DNA from: a virus
Direction: 5' to 3' (one strand)
Virus record (IMG/VR): IMGVR_UViG_3300036790_000500
Span: 32,001 to 96,000 of that record
Length of the DNA stretch: 64,000 bases
Under the pieces are notes generated by a model. It ran no database searches. It was not told the DNA's origin and was given only the letters and a program-made list of their open reading frames with translations. A program made the translations under genes and the position numbers. This document shows, one piece after another, positions 40,274 to 49,631 of the stretch (position 1 is its first letter; the number at the start of each line of letters is the position of its first letter).

Positions 40274-41269
40274 ATTTCGTTTAAAACCTTCAATCTGCAA
40301 GACGACTTCAGTCCGCTGAGCACCGCGGTAAACGAGACGATTATCATCACAGGGTCAATCATCTCGAACATCCTGGACGTCAAGTACTACCAAAACATCG
40401 CCTCGGGCTCAGTCGGCGTAGACCAGGGCGGGTACTTCGAGACCGTCTATGACAGTGCCCCGAGTTCGTCCCTCTCGACGGCGCTCCTCGACATAACGTA
40501 CGGCCAGGCGACCGGCTCGAAATACAACGTTCAGGCGACCGTTACGTCGAGCCTCGTCGAGAAGGTGAAGATTTATCGCCAGTTCGCGGCGGTCCTCCTC
40601 GGCAGTCCGGACGCGACCTTCACGATTAACTCGACCACTCGACAGGAGGCCGTCTTCATCGCCATGAAGCGGAACCTGGCCAAGGACGAACTCAAGAAGG
40701 GAACGGTGGCCCTGACGATTAACTCGTCGGCGCCGTCCCAGTACACCGCCTCCGATGCCGGAGCGGCGGCGACCTTCAAGCAGTCCCTCGGCGGCGACTA
40801 CGCGCCCCTCAAGTACAACGGCACGGGCTCGGAGGTGGGGCAGGTCTGGTACAACGCTGGCATCATCGTCCTGCATCCCGACTCGACCTGGGGGGCCGTC
40901 CCGGTCTGGTCGGGGACCGTGACGCTGATTAACGCCCAGTCGTCGGGCTGCATCAACAACGTCGTTGACGGCGTCCGCACGCACCTCGAGAACCTGCAAC
41001 TCAACAACCAAACGAACCTCCAATCGTCGATTTACTTCTGTCGGGCCTTCAACAGCGAGTTCAACTACTCGTCGAACCCGACCTTCGTGGACTCGACCGG
41101 CCTCATTCTGGTAACCTCAGGCAGCAACATCCTCACGACCCGCACGTACGTCACGACCATCGGCCTGTACGATGAGAACGACAACCTGCTCGCGACCGGC
41201 AAGGTAAACAAGCCTGTCTTGAAGTCGCCCGAGACTGAAGCGATTTTCCGACTTCGTTTGGACTACTAG
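40274..41269 (+). CDS. Tail/baseplate structural protein with probable non-canonical ATT start
   Basis: Frame open from 40262; AGGAG at 40260-40264; ATT-SFKTF resembles paralog start MPAFKKF; C-terminal EFNYSSNPTF...YVTTIGLYD...LLA.GK...P. Confidence 0.7.
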   Translation: MSFKTFNLQDDFSPLSTAVNETIIITGSIISNILDVKYYQNIASGSVGVDQGGYFETVYDSAPSSSLSTALLDITYGQATGSKYNVQATVTSSLVEKVKIYRQFAAVLLGSPDATFTINSTTRQEAVFIAMKRNLAKDELKKGTVALTINSSAPSQYTASDAGAAATFKQSLGGDYAPLKYNGTGSEVGQVWYNAGIIVLHPDSTWGAVPVWSGTVTLINAQSSGCINNVVDGVRTHLENLQLNNQTNLQSSIYFCRAFNSEFNYSSNPTFVDSTGLILVTSGSNILTTRTYVTTIGLYDENDNLLATGKVNKPVLKSPETEAIFRLRLDY

Positions 41270-41320
41270 TCGTACTCACTTCAAAGCACTTATCCCGTTG
41301 CTGTCGAGGTCTCTCCCTAA

Positions 41321-43204
41321 GTGCCAGCGTTTAAGAAGTTCGGACCGGGCGACCAACTCGATAGCGTGATGGTCCTTGAGCCGAGTTACGCGCTCGCCTC
41401 GGGAACGAACGGCTGGCACGGCTCTCCGGACGGCTCCGGCTCCATATCGCTCTACGGCGGGACCCGTCGAAGTTCGACCGGTGTGGTAAAGCGAATCGAG
41501 TACCAGTCGCTGAATCCCATCGCGGAACAGGTCGGCAACCCGATTCTGCAGATGCCCACAACGGCGTCAATCCAGTTCGTTTACATGACGAGCGACGAGA
41601 TTGACCTGAACTATCAGGTGACCGCGACCCGGTGGGGCGCCGAGCACTGGGGTACCGTCGGCCGGCTCTATCAAGACTACTACCAGATTGACCCGGACTA
41701 CGTGACCGGGTCGTACGACTACTACTGCCTGTACTTCAATCAGTTCTCACAGAACATCGTCAACTTCCCGTCGCCGTACGCCGCGGGGCTGCCGCTGACG
41801 GGTTCATTCACGGTTGAGGGCTGGGTTAAGCCGTTCATCACGGCCAGTAACTCCCAGGACTTCACGATTGCCTCGATGAATCGGGTCTTCTGGTTCGGCA
41901 TCACCGGCTCGACCGGCCAACTCGTGATGTCGTCCTCCTACGGCGCCCTCACCTCGTCGTATGGCCCGGCCGCGCGCCGGTGGTCCCACGTCGCCTGCAG
42001 TTTCAATGCAACGACCGGCACCGGCTCGTTCCTGATTAACCTCAACGATGCCGGGCAGTTCAAGCAAACGACGTTCTCCGCCAGCCTCGGTGGCTTTCAG
42101 CCGGTCTTTAGCCTCGGTGCGAAGGCCTCGGGTTCGACCGAGGTCGCGTCGACCTCGGTCGGACAACTGTATCGGGTCTTCCATGGCTTCATGGGGGAAC
42201 ACCGGCTCTGGTATCAGGCCCGTACGGTGGCGCAACTCTCTGCCTCATGGAACGTTCAACTGACCGCGTCCAGTCCTGTCCTCACGGGTTCAGTGATAAG
42301 GACCGGCTTCACCGAGGGCCCGCTTGCCACGTTCCCGACGGACACGAACTCGAACTCACCGCGAAACGGCTCCGGCACCGTTGACTGGGCCTCCCTTGAG
42401 CAACTCTCCGCCAACGCGGCCGCCGGTCGCCTTCCCTGGGGCTACCTGGTCTCATTCGATGACCGAATTGCCCCGGTCTGGCAGCCGAACGACAACGTCT
42501 CGTTCCGTCCCTATAAGAACCTCAACGGTCCACCGGACTCCAGTCCGAACCTGGTTCAGGCCCTCTCCCTCACGGGTTCAGGGCTCACGGGCCTGGGATG
42601 CGCGCCTGTGCAGCGGATGCTGGTCATCGACGTGCCGCAGGCGTTCTATGGCAGGCAACTTCAACCGAACAGCGTGTCCGTCACCGATTGGACGTACTCC
42701 TCGAGTTCCTACGGGCTGGTGCGGACCCTGGTCGACGACGGCCGCGGCAACCTCTATCTCTCCGGGTCGGCCTGTTCCTCCTCCCTTGCGAGCAAGGAGG
42801 ACTACGCCGGTGTGCAGTGGAACAAGGTCGGCAACGTGTTCTACGGCGAAGGTCTCATCGTCATCAAGGACCAGTCGCTTCTGGACTTCGGCCGGCTTGA
42901 CGGAGTCTCTAACGACCCCAGCAACGTGTTGCAGGTCGGCTTCATGGGACAGACCCGGACTCCGGTGAAGACCCTGATGTGTCGGCTCGACCACGGCGAG
43001 TTCAACGCCTCGAATAACCCCACGTTCTATACGACCGGCTCGGCCGGGGAGCGCATCGCCCGGCATCCGAGCGGCTCCGTCTACGTCTCCACCGTTGGCA
43101 TCTATAACTCAGACCGTGAGTTGGTCGCCGTCGCGCGCCTGGCCGACCCCGTGCGCAAGCGGACCCGAGACCGGATAAACATTCGGTTGCGCGTCGATTT
43201 CTAG
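41321..43204 (+). CDS. Tail/baseplate structural protein with LamG domain (paralog of 40274)
   Basis: FTVEGWVKP, WSHVA, FHGFMGE (LamG); EFNASNNPTF...YVSTVGIYN...LVAVARL..P. Confidence 0.78.
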   Translation: MPAFKKFGPGDQLDSVMVLEPSYALASGTNGWHGSPDGSGSISLYGGTRRSSTGVVKRIEYQSLNPIAEQVGNPILQMPTTASIQFVYMTSDEIDLNYQVTATRWGAEHWGTVGRLYQDYYQIDPDYVTGSYDYYCLYFNQFSQNIVNFPSPYAAGLPLTGSFTVEGWVKPFITASNSQDFTIASMNRVFWFGITGSTGQLVMSSSYGALTSSYGPAARRWSHVACSFNATTGTGSFLINLNDAGQFKQTTFSASLGGFQPVFSLGAKASGSTEVASTSVGQLYRVFHGFMGEHRLWYQARTVAQLSASWNVQLTASSPVLTGSVIRTGFTEGPLATFPTDTNSNSPRNGSGTVDWASLEQLSANAAAGRLPWGYLVSFDDRIAPVWQPNDNVSFRPYKNLNGPPDSSPNLVQALSLTGSGLTGLGCAPVQRMLVIDVPQAFYGRQLQPNSVSVTDWTYSSSSYGLVRTLVDDGRGNLYLSGSACSSSLASKEDYAGVQWNKVGNVFYGEGLIVIKDQSLLDFGRLDGVSNDPSNVLQVGFMGQTRTPVKTLMCRLDHGEFNASNNPTFYTTGSAGERIARHPSGSVYVSTVGIYNSDRELVAVARLADPVRKRTRDRINIRLRVDF

Positions 43205-43299
43205 GCGTACTCAGGATAGAATTCTAGGCCACGTAAACATCATCCCGTTCATCAGGATGTCCGTCACCCCGTGCCTACCTTGTGCATGGAGCATATCTC

Positions 43300-43905
43300 A
43301 TGCTGATTTGCGGATGGGACATCTCCACGTCAGCCATCGGTGTCTGCGTCTGTGACCGGGACGGAACGTTCATGGAGCACGACCTCATTCTTCCCAAGGG
43401 TGAGACCCACCACGAGAAGCACCGCGACGCGGCCACCAGGGTCCAGCAGTGGTTGGCGGCCTTCGGCATCAAGGAGTGCGTCCACGTCGTGGAGCAACAC
43501 CTCGGCGGCTTCTCGGGCGGCTTCTCGTCGGCCCAGACAAAAATGGCCCTGGCGTCGATGAACGCCGTCATCAGTTACGTCCTCGGCCTCCACTCGAAGG
43601 TCATTCACATCCTCCCCGTCACGACAAAGGCCATCATGAGGCTCGTGAAGCAGGACGGCGAGGACAAGAAGGACGCGGTGGTCCGCATGTTTCGGGCCGC
43701 CGTGCCGTCCTTTCCCTATCGGGAGACCAAGGCAGGAAACTGGGTCAAGGGAACCGATGACATCGCCGACGCCTGGCTGCTTGCCTCGGCCGGAGGTCGT
43801 ATAATCCGGGGTGAGGCCTCGCTTCCAAGTGGACGTAAGAAGAAAACTGCAAGCGATAAGCCGAAGGCTCGGCGAGCCAAGGGTAAACGCGAAGCGGAAG
43901 GGTGA
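43300..43905 (+). CDS. RuvC-like Holliday junction resolvase
   Basis: GWDISTSAIG, VVEQ, KKD, DDIADAW; SD TGGAG. Confidence 0.8.
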   Translation: MLICGWDISTSAIGVCVCDRDGTFMEHDLILPKGETHHEKHRDAATRVQQWLAAFGIKECVHVVEQHLGGFSGGFSSAQTKMALASMNAVISYVLGLHSKVIHILPVTTKAIMRLVKQDGEDKKDAVVRMFRAAVPSFPYRETKAGNWVKGTDDIADAWLLASAGGRIIRGEASLPSGRKKKTASDKPKARRAKGKREAEG

Positions 43906-44767
43906 GTACGGCTTCCTGTGTCCGGGTCGGCCGGGCTCCGGTGGCTGCCCGTCTGCGCGTGAGGACAAGGTCAAACTCTTCGTCAATCCGGAGAGCGACC
44001 GCTTCAACTGCTGGGTCTGCGGCTTCCATGGCGGTAGCCTGGCGCCGCTCATGGTTCGTCGCTCCCCGGAGTTGTATGAGTACCTGGGCGAGCGGCCCGA
44101 CGACCCCAAGGACCGCTTCCGCGTTCCGGAGGCCAAGGAGCGCTGCCAGTCCCTCCCGTCCGGTTTCACTCCGATTCGTCTGAGAGGGGCGATTGGCGAG
44201 GCCCCATACCTCCATTACCTTCGGCGCCGGGGTGTCACCGACGAGGACGTGGTGCTCTACCGAATGGGTTATGTGCCCTCCGGTCAGGAGGGCGGTCGGG
44301 TGGTGGTGCCGACGTTCGATTGCAACGGTGCGGTCTGCTTCTGGTCAGCGCGGACGATACATCCGAGCGTTCGACCGAGTTACCGGCTGCCGCATGCCTC
44401 GAAGGACGTGGTGAGCAACGAGCACATGGTCGATTGGTCAAAACCTGTCTATCTGGTCGAGGGAGTCTTCGATGAGGTCGCGATTGGGCCACAGGCCATC
44501 GCGCTCTATGGGAAGTTCATGATGCCGCAGTTGGCTCTGCGACTTGTTGAGAAGAGGCCGCCGATGGTTAACGTGTGCTTGGACGACGACGCTGACCGCG
44601 AGGCCTTCAGCCTCATGCAGCGATTGGTTGGGTACGACGTGCCCTGCGCGATGGTGCGACTGGACTCCAAGGACCCAGCGACGGCTGGGGGCGCGGCGGT
44701 TGAGCGCGCGGCGTCTGAGGCCTCCCGGGTGACGGGCTCAATCGGTCTCGTGGGGATGCGTCTATGA
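43811..44767 (+). CDS. DNA primase (Zn finger + TOPRIM)
   Basis: CP...C...FNCWVC, YLRRRG, LVEGVFD, CLDDDA, KDP; exact start uncertain (43811 or 43829). Confidence 0.85.
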   Translation: MRPRFQVDVRRKLQAISRRLGEPRVNAKRKGEYGFLCPGRPGSGGCPSAREDKVKLFVNPESDRFNCWVCGFHGGSLAPLMVRRSPELYEYLGERPDDPKDRFRVPEAKERCQSLPSGFTPIRLRGAIGEAPYLHYLRRRGVTDEDVVLYRMGYVPSGQEGGRVVVPTFDCNGAVCFWSARTIHPSVRPSYRLPHASKDVVSNEHMVDWSKPVYLVEGVFDEVAIGPQAIALYGKFMMPQLALRLVEKRPPMVNVCLDDDADREAFSLMQRLVGYDVPCAMVRLDSKDPATAGGAAVERAASEASRVTGSIGLVGMRL

Positions 44768-44804
44768 CTTCAGACCGACCCGTTGACGCGAAGGGGTACA
44801 CTGG

Positions 44805-47800
44805 ATGCGCATAGCCCATGTCTCGGACTTACACTTAAGGAACAGCAAGTATCGCTCGGAGTACGCAGTGGCCCTACACCGGCTCCAGCGACAACTCGCT
44901 GACCTGCAGCCGGACCTCATCGTCAACACCGGTGACACGGTCCACAGCAAACTCGCGGTCTCCCCGGAACTCTTCGATGACGTTGCGAAGCACATGCAGG
45001 AGATGACCCGAGTTGCCCCGTATTGGCTCATCCTCGGAAATCACGACCTAAACCTGAAGAACAAGAGCAGGATGGACGCGATATCACCCGTCGTGAACGC
45101 GCTCCAGGGTTCGACCGCGAACCAATTGAAACTTCTCGAACCGGGAATGCATCGGGCCCCGGGAGGCCTCAATCACGGTTTCATCCTTTGGAACTATTGC
45201 ATCAAGGGTCACGACGCCGCGGCCATCGACCCGCATCCGGACGACATCAACATCGGTCTATACCACGGTTCAATCTCCGGCTGCGTGACTGACATCGGCT
45301 TCACCATGGAGGACGGAGAGGCCGAGGTCTCCAAGTTTGACGCCATGGACTACGTGCTGTTGGGTGACATCCACAAGCGTCAGTCGTTCCGGGGAGGTCG
45401 GATGCAGTATCCGGGTTCACTCATTCAGCAGAACTACGGGGAGGAACTCGTGAAGGGGTTCCTCCTCTGGGACATCAAGTCAAAGACCGAGTTCACGTGT
45501 GACTTCCATCCGGTCGAGGCCCCGGGCCGGTTCCATACGATTCAGGTTCCGGCCTCCCTGGACCTGAGCACCCACGTCGTTCCCGCGGGTTCCCGCCTGC
45601 GGGTCCTCGTTGAGGGGGACCTGACCCCCTCGAAGCGGCTTCAACTGGAGCGTGACGTTCGAGAGCGGTACCAACCCCTTGAGGTCATCGTACCGGACGC
45701 CTCCGCCGAGCGAACCCAGGAGCCGACCGACATCGATAGGTTGATTGCCGACCGTCGCGCCGTCGCGACGGAGTACCTCGAGGAACACGGCTTCACGGAC
45801 GTGGCCAACGAGGCCCTCAGGCTCTTCACGGAACACGAGCAAAGCATCGAAGAGGAGGCCAGTGCCCCGGCCTACGGTACGACTTGGAGCCTGAAGCGGG
45901 TGGCCTGGGACAACGTGTTGAACTACGGCGAAGGCAACTCGATTGACCTAACGAACCTCAAGGGGGTCGTCGGCATCTTCGCCCCCAACGCGGCCGGAAA
46001 GTCGTCGATATTCGACGTGATACTACAGGCCCTGTTCGATAAGGTGACCAAGGACGTCCCCAAGAACATCGACGTCGTGAACGACAACAAGGACCGCGCT
46101 ACCATGGAGGTCGAGTTCGAGGCCGGCGGCACGCCCTATTCGATTCGTCGTGAAATCGAACGAATTAGTTTCGGTCAACGAACGATGAGTGAGACCAAGC
46201 AGTGGGGCAAGACCACTCTCGACTTCACTTCCGTTGACGACGACCTGAACGGCACTTCCAGGCCTGAGACCGAGCGTCACGTTAGGTACCTGATAGGAAC
46301 GTTCGAGGACTTCTGCCTCACGACGATGGTCAGTCAGAACCCGATATTCGCCCTGCCCGGAGGCGGTGACGTCGTCAACTGCAAGGAGACCGACCGACGC
46401 AAGATACTGTTTCGATTTCTGCAGTTAGATGTCTACGAGCGGGTCCTGAGCCGCGTGAAAGACGAACTGAAGACCCTGATGGGCCGTCTGAGCGGTCTCG
46501 ACCCTGTGAAGTTGCAGATGGAGTTGCTGGCTCTAATCGAGGAGAAGAAGGGACGCGAGCGGGAGGTCCCCGGGTTCGAGCGAACAATCGCTCGACTTGA
46601 GACAGACCTCAAGGAAGCGGCCGCGGCGTTAGAGCGCACCGACATCAAGCACACAATCGCTGCGATTAAGGATAAAAAGCGATACGGGGCCGAACTCACG
46701 AAGGCCCAGACCCTACTCGCCGAGGCGGAGACCGAACTCCTTGCGAAGCGTCACGGGCTTGAGGGCCTGCGCGCTTCGCTGGCGCACCTCGGCGAACGCC
46801 CACCTGAGCCTGAAATCACCCTCGCGGACCTGACTGCGGAACTCGAACGGGTGCGAGAGCGTCGGGAGACGACGAAGCGTCGTCGGTCCCTACGGCTCGC
46901 GGAGATGTCCACGGGCCAAGAGGCGCTGCGGACCCTGGATGACATCCCGTGCGAGGGAAAGTTCCCCAGTTGCCGGTACATCGTCGATGCCACCGAGTTT
47001 GAGAAGATTGAATCCGAGGTCCAGGCGGCCATCGAGAACCTAACTGCGGACATGGCGGTCGATGAGAATCGAGCGAATGGGCTCACTCAATTGAGGGTCA
47101 TTCACGAGTTAGTTCAACGCTGGGACAGGGACCATAACCGGATTCAACTGTCGATAGTTGAGGCGACGGCCGAACTGACCACCAAGGACTCAGTTCGCGC
47201 GACGTTGACCAATGAAGTTCATCGTTTACAGGCACTCCTCAAGGAGGCCGAGGACATCCTCAGAGGCTCATCGAATGAGCAAGCGAGCGCGGCCCGTGAC
47301 CTCCATGTCTCTCTCTCTTCAGAACTCAAGAGCGTGAAGCAGACTCACGCCGACGCCTTGAAGAGCATCGGTGGATTGGAGGTCCATCTGATGAAGTTGC
47401 AGGGAGACGTTGACTCCCTAGAGGGTCTACGGGAGACCGTAAGGGTCCATGAGGCGGTGGTTCAACTCTGTGGAAAGAACGGTCTTCCCTACCGCATCCT
47501 CGCCATGGTGCTGCCGGTCATCAACGCAGAGATTGCAAAGATATTGACCGGCGTCGTGGGCTTCAACGTGTTCTTTGAGGACGACCCTGAGGAGCAGACC
47601 GTGCGTCTATACCTTCGGTATGGCGATTACAAGAGCCGTCCGTTGTCCCTATGCGGCGGCGCTGAGCGCTTCATCGCTGCCCTCGCGATTCGAGTGGCCC
47701 TTCTCAGCGTCTCATCCATTCCGAAGACTGACATTCTCATTATCGATGAGGGATTCGGGAAACTTGACCCGGAAAACCTCGAGGCTCTACACCGGATGTT

Positions 47801-47927
47801 TGAATACCTAAGGCAGGCGTTCGGCACTATCTTTGTGGTCTCCCATGTGGATTTCATGAAGGACATCGTCGACCACTCGATTGAGATTACGAGTCAGGAC
47901 GGATACGCACACGTGGAGGTCACATGA
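44805..47927 (+). CDS. Fused Mre11/SbcD nuclease - Rad50/SbcC ATPase (gp47-gp46 fusion)
   Basis: DLH, GD, GNHD, LGDIH and YPGS phosphoesterase motifs; Walker A APNAAGKSS, coiled coil, hook CEGKFPSC, Walker B IIDEGFG.LD, VSH. Confidence 0.92.
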   Translation: MRIAHVSDLHLRNSKYRSEYAVALHRLQRQLADLQPDLIVNTGDTVHSKLAVSPELFDDVAKHMQEMTRVAPYWLILGNHDLNLKNKSRMDAISPVVNALQGSTANQLKLLEPGMHRAPGGLNHGFILWNYCIKGHDAAAIDPHPDDINIGLYHGSISGCVTDIGFTMEDGEAEVSKFDAMDYVLLGDIHKRQSFRGGRMQYPGSLIQQNYGEELVKGFLLWDIKSKTEFTCDFHPVEAPGRFHTIQVPASLDLSTHVVPAGSRLRVLVEGDLTPSKRLQLERDVRERYQPLEVIVPDASAERTQEPTDIDRLIADRRAVATEYLEEHGFTDVANEALRLFTEHEQSIEEEASAPAYGTTWSLKRVAWDNVLNYGEGNSIDLTNLKGVVGIFAPNAAGKSSIFDVILQALFDKVTKDVPKNIDVVNDNKDRATMEVEFEAGGTPYSIRREIERISFGQRTMSETKQWGKTTLDFTSVDDDLNGTSRPETERHVRYLIGTFEDFCLTTMVSQNPIFALPGGGDVVNCKETDRRKILFRFLQLDVYERVLSRVKDELKTLMGRLSGLDPVKLQMELLALIEEKKGREREVPGFERTIARLETDLKEAAAALERTDIKHTIAAIKDKKRYGAELTKAQTLLAEAETELLAKRHGLEGLRASLAHLGERPPEPEITLADLTAELERVRERRETTKRRRSLRLAEMSTGQEALRTLDDIPCEGKFPSCRYIVDATEFEKIESEVQAAIENLTADMAVDENRANGLTQLRVIHELVQRWDRDHNRIQLSIVEATAELTTKDSVRATLTNEVHRLQALLKEAEDILRGSSNEQASAARDLHVSLSSELKSVKQTHADALKSIGGLEVHLMKLQGDVDSLEGLRETVRVHEAVVQLCGKNGLPYRILAMVLPVINAEIAKILTGVVGFNVFFEDDPEEQTVRLYLRYGDYKSRPLSLCGGAERFIAALAIRVALLSVSSIPKTDILIIDEGFGKLDPENLEALHRMFEYLRQAFGTIFVVSHVDFMKDIVDHSIEITSQDGYAHVEVT

Positions 47928-48208
47928 AACTGTTCATTAAGGATTCAAGCGGGAACGAGAGCCTGACGGCGACAACCGTCGTGTTCACGATGTTAGTGGT
48001 TCTGCTGAAGGTCCTCCTTAACGGAGCGTCCATCACGATTGCGAGCCATTCGTATTCCTTCGGAACCATCGATGCGTTGACCATCGGAGCCCTACTCGCT
48101 CCGACCCTGGGAGCGTATACCGCGCGTCGCTGGAACTCATCCGACCCGGTGGTCCCGGTTGCGACTGGCGATTCCGCTGGTTCTAAGCCGAATGACGGTG
48201 CCGCGTGA
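47924..48208 (+). CDS. Putative holin
   Basis: 94 aa, two hydrophobic segments, charged C-terminus; precedes a spanin-like gene. Confidence 0.6.
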   Translation: MKLFIKDSSGNESLTATTVVFTMLVVLLKVLLNGASITIASHSYSFGTIDALTIGALLAPTLGAYTARRWNSSDPVVPVATGDSAGSKPNDGAA

Positions 48209-49050
48209 TTGCTGTCATCGCGAAGGCGTTCTCCAATGTCTGGATTGGGCTCAAGAGGTACGCGACGCCGCTGCTCGCGCTTGCAGTCGTTCTCGTTCTG
48301 TTGTACGGGGGATATAAGTGGGGGGCGCGTTCTGCCAACTCCGAAGTCGCGACGCTAACCGAGAAACTCGCTGAGAGCGAGAAGACCGTCGAGTTGAAGC
48401 AGGGCCTATACGCCACGACGCTCGTTCAGGCTAATGACCTCCAGTCCCTTTTAACGGGTAAGGATGCACAGGTTCAGGCCCTGCAGAAGCAACTGACCGA
48501 TAGCCAGGCCCAACTCCTCACCACACAACAGTTGGTCGTCCAATGGAAGTCCGCCTACCAGGGAGCCTTGAAAGCGACTCAGACGAACGGGGGAGCCACT
48601 CCGACCCCCGTGGACGGAGCGGTCGAGGTCCCCGTGGCCCTCGGGCGAACTCGAGTGGACTTCACCGGCGGCCTGGGCCCGATTTCGGCGACTGGCTATA
48701 CCCTCACGAATCCTCCCGAGGCCTATCTCAGCCTGATTCAAACCCGACCGCTGAAATTGACCGTTTCAGTGGCCAGGGAGAGGGACGGAACCTGGACCTC
48801 GTATGTGACGTCCTCCGAGCCGAACATCGGTGTTAACGTGTCTCTCGGTGGAGTCGACCCGGGAGTGCTCGCCCCGTCGTGGTACGAGCGTATTTGGGTT
48901 GACGGTGGAATTGACTTCCTCGGCGGCAAGCGTGCCTCGTTGGGCCTCTCCTATCGCATGGACCGCTGGGCCCTAGGCGCGGGCTGCTCACTCGAGACAG
49001 GATGGTCGGCCGGCTGCGGTTTGACGGCGGGGTTCAGGCTGTTCAAGTGA
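48205..49050 (+). CDS. Membrane-anchored coiled-coil protein, spanin-like
   Basis: N-terminal TM segment, heptad region, beta-rich C-terminus. Confidence 0.5.
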   Translation: MIAVIAKAFSNVWIGLKRYATPLLALAVVLVLLYGGYKWGARSANSEVATLTEKLAESEKTVELKQGLYATTLVQANDLQSLLTGKDAQVQALQKQLTDSQAQLLTTQQLVVQWKSAYQGALKATQTNGGATPTPVDGAVEVPVALGRTRVDFTGGLGPISATGYTLTNPPEAYLSLIQTRPLKLTVSVARERDGTWTSYVTSSEPNIGVNVSLGGVDPGVLAPSWYERIWVDGGIDFLGGKRASLGLSYRMDRWALGAGCSLETGWSAGCGLTAGFRLFK

Positions 49051-49361
49051 AGCAACGTAAGAGCCGAGGGGTGGTCACGCCGGTCACCCTGAATGACCTG
49101 TATCGGGAGCGCGGGGAGTTCACCGCCAAACTCATAATCGACCCACGTGAGAGCGGGAAGATTGACACCGTCGACGTCCACGTTTGGAACTCGGACGGCC
49201 GGCCAATGGACTTCACGGCTAAGCGCTGGGGAACCAAACTGACTGTCACTTTCAAGATTGATGAGAAAACCTCAGACGGCGTCGGCGTCATTGACATGCT
49301 GCTTCGAGGGAAACAGTGGGTCGAGTCCCGGGAGCGTCTGTCGTTTTGGATTGTTACATGA
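49047..49361 (+). CDS. Hypothetical protein
   Basis: GTGA/ATGA coupling on both sides. Confidence 0.6.
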   Translation: MKQRKSRGVVTPVTLNDLYRERGEFTAKLIIDPRESGKIDTVDVHVWNSDGRPMDFTAKRWGTKLTVTFKIDEKTSDGVGVIDMLLRGKQWVESRERLSFWIVT

Positions 49362-49588
49362 CCGAGGAAGAGAAACAGGCGCTTCGGGTGCCGATGTGGT
49401 GCCCCGTCTGCGACTACGTCATGAAGAACGGACCGGGCGGAGACAACAAAACCTATTTCAAATGGGGATGTTGCAGACACTGCCACGTTGAGTTCATTGA
49501 GGACCGGGAGTCACGTTGGAAGTCCGGCTGGCGTCCGTCCGCCGAGGACGTGGCTGGGTTTATCAAGAAGTTGTACGGCCGGGGCTGA
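49358..49588 (+). CDS. Small zinc-finger protein
   Basis: CPVC...CCRHC...WKSGWRP. Confidence 0.7.
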   Translation: MTEEEKQALRVPMWCPVCDYVMKNGPGGDNKTYFKWGCCRHCHVEFIEDRESRWKSGWRPSAEDVAGFIKKLYGRG

Positions 49589-49602
49589 CTGAGGTCGGGT
49601 CC

Positions 49603-49610
49603 CTACTTAT
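49603..49610 (+). promoter_or_regulatory. Putative late promoter CTACTTAT
   Basis: Recurrent motif upstream of the terminase/portal operon. Confidence 0.5.
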
Positions 49611-49631
49611 CCCGAACGGGAGAAGAGGACC

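Noticed and set aside
44783-44802. TTGACG...TACACT resembling a sigma70 promoter
   Set aside because: Spacer is only 8 nt, incompatible with -35/-10 geometry.
4838-49357. Longest-ORF starts in the track (4838, 5673, 6497, 15613, 16451, 30028, 49002, 49316)
   Set aside because: They overlap upstream genes extensively; downstream starts coupled to the preceding stop fit the domain boundaries better.
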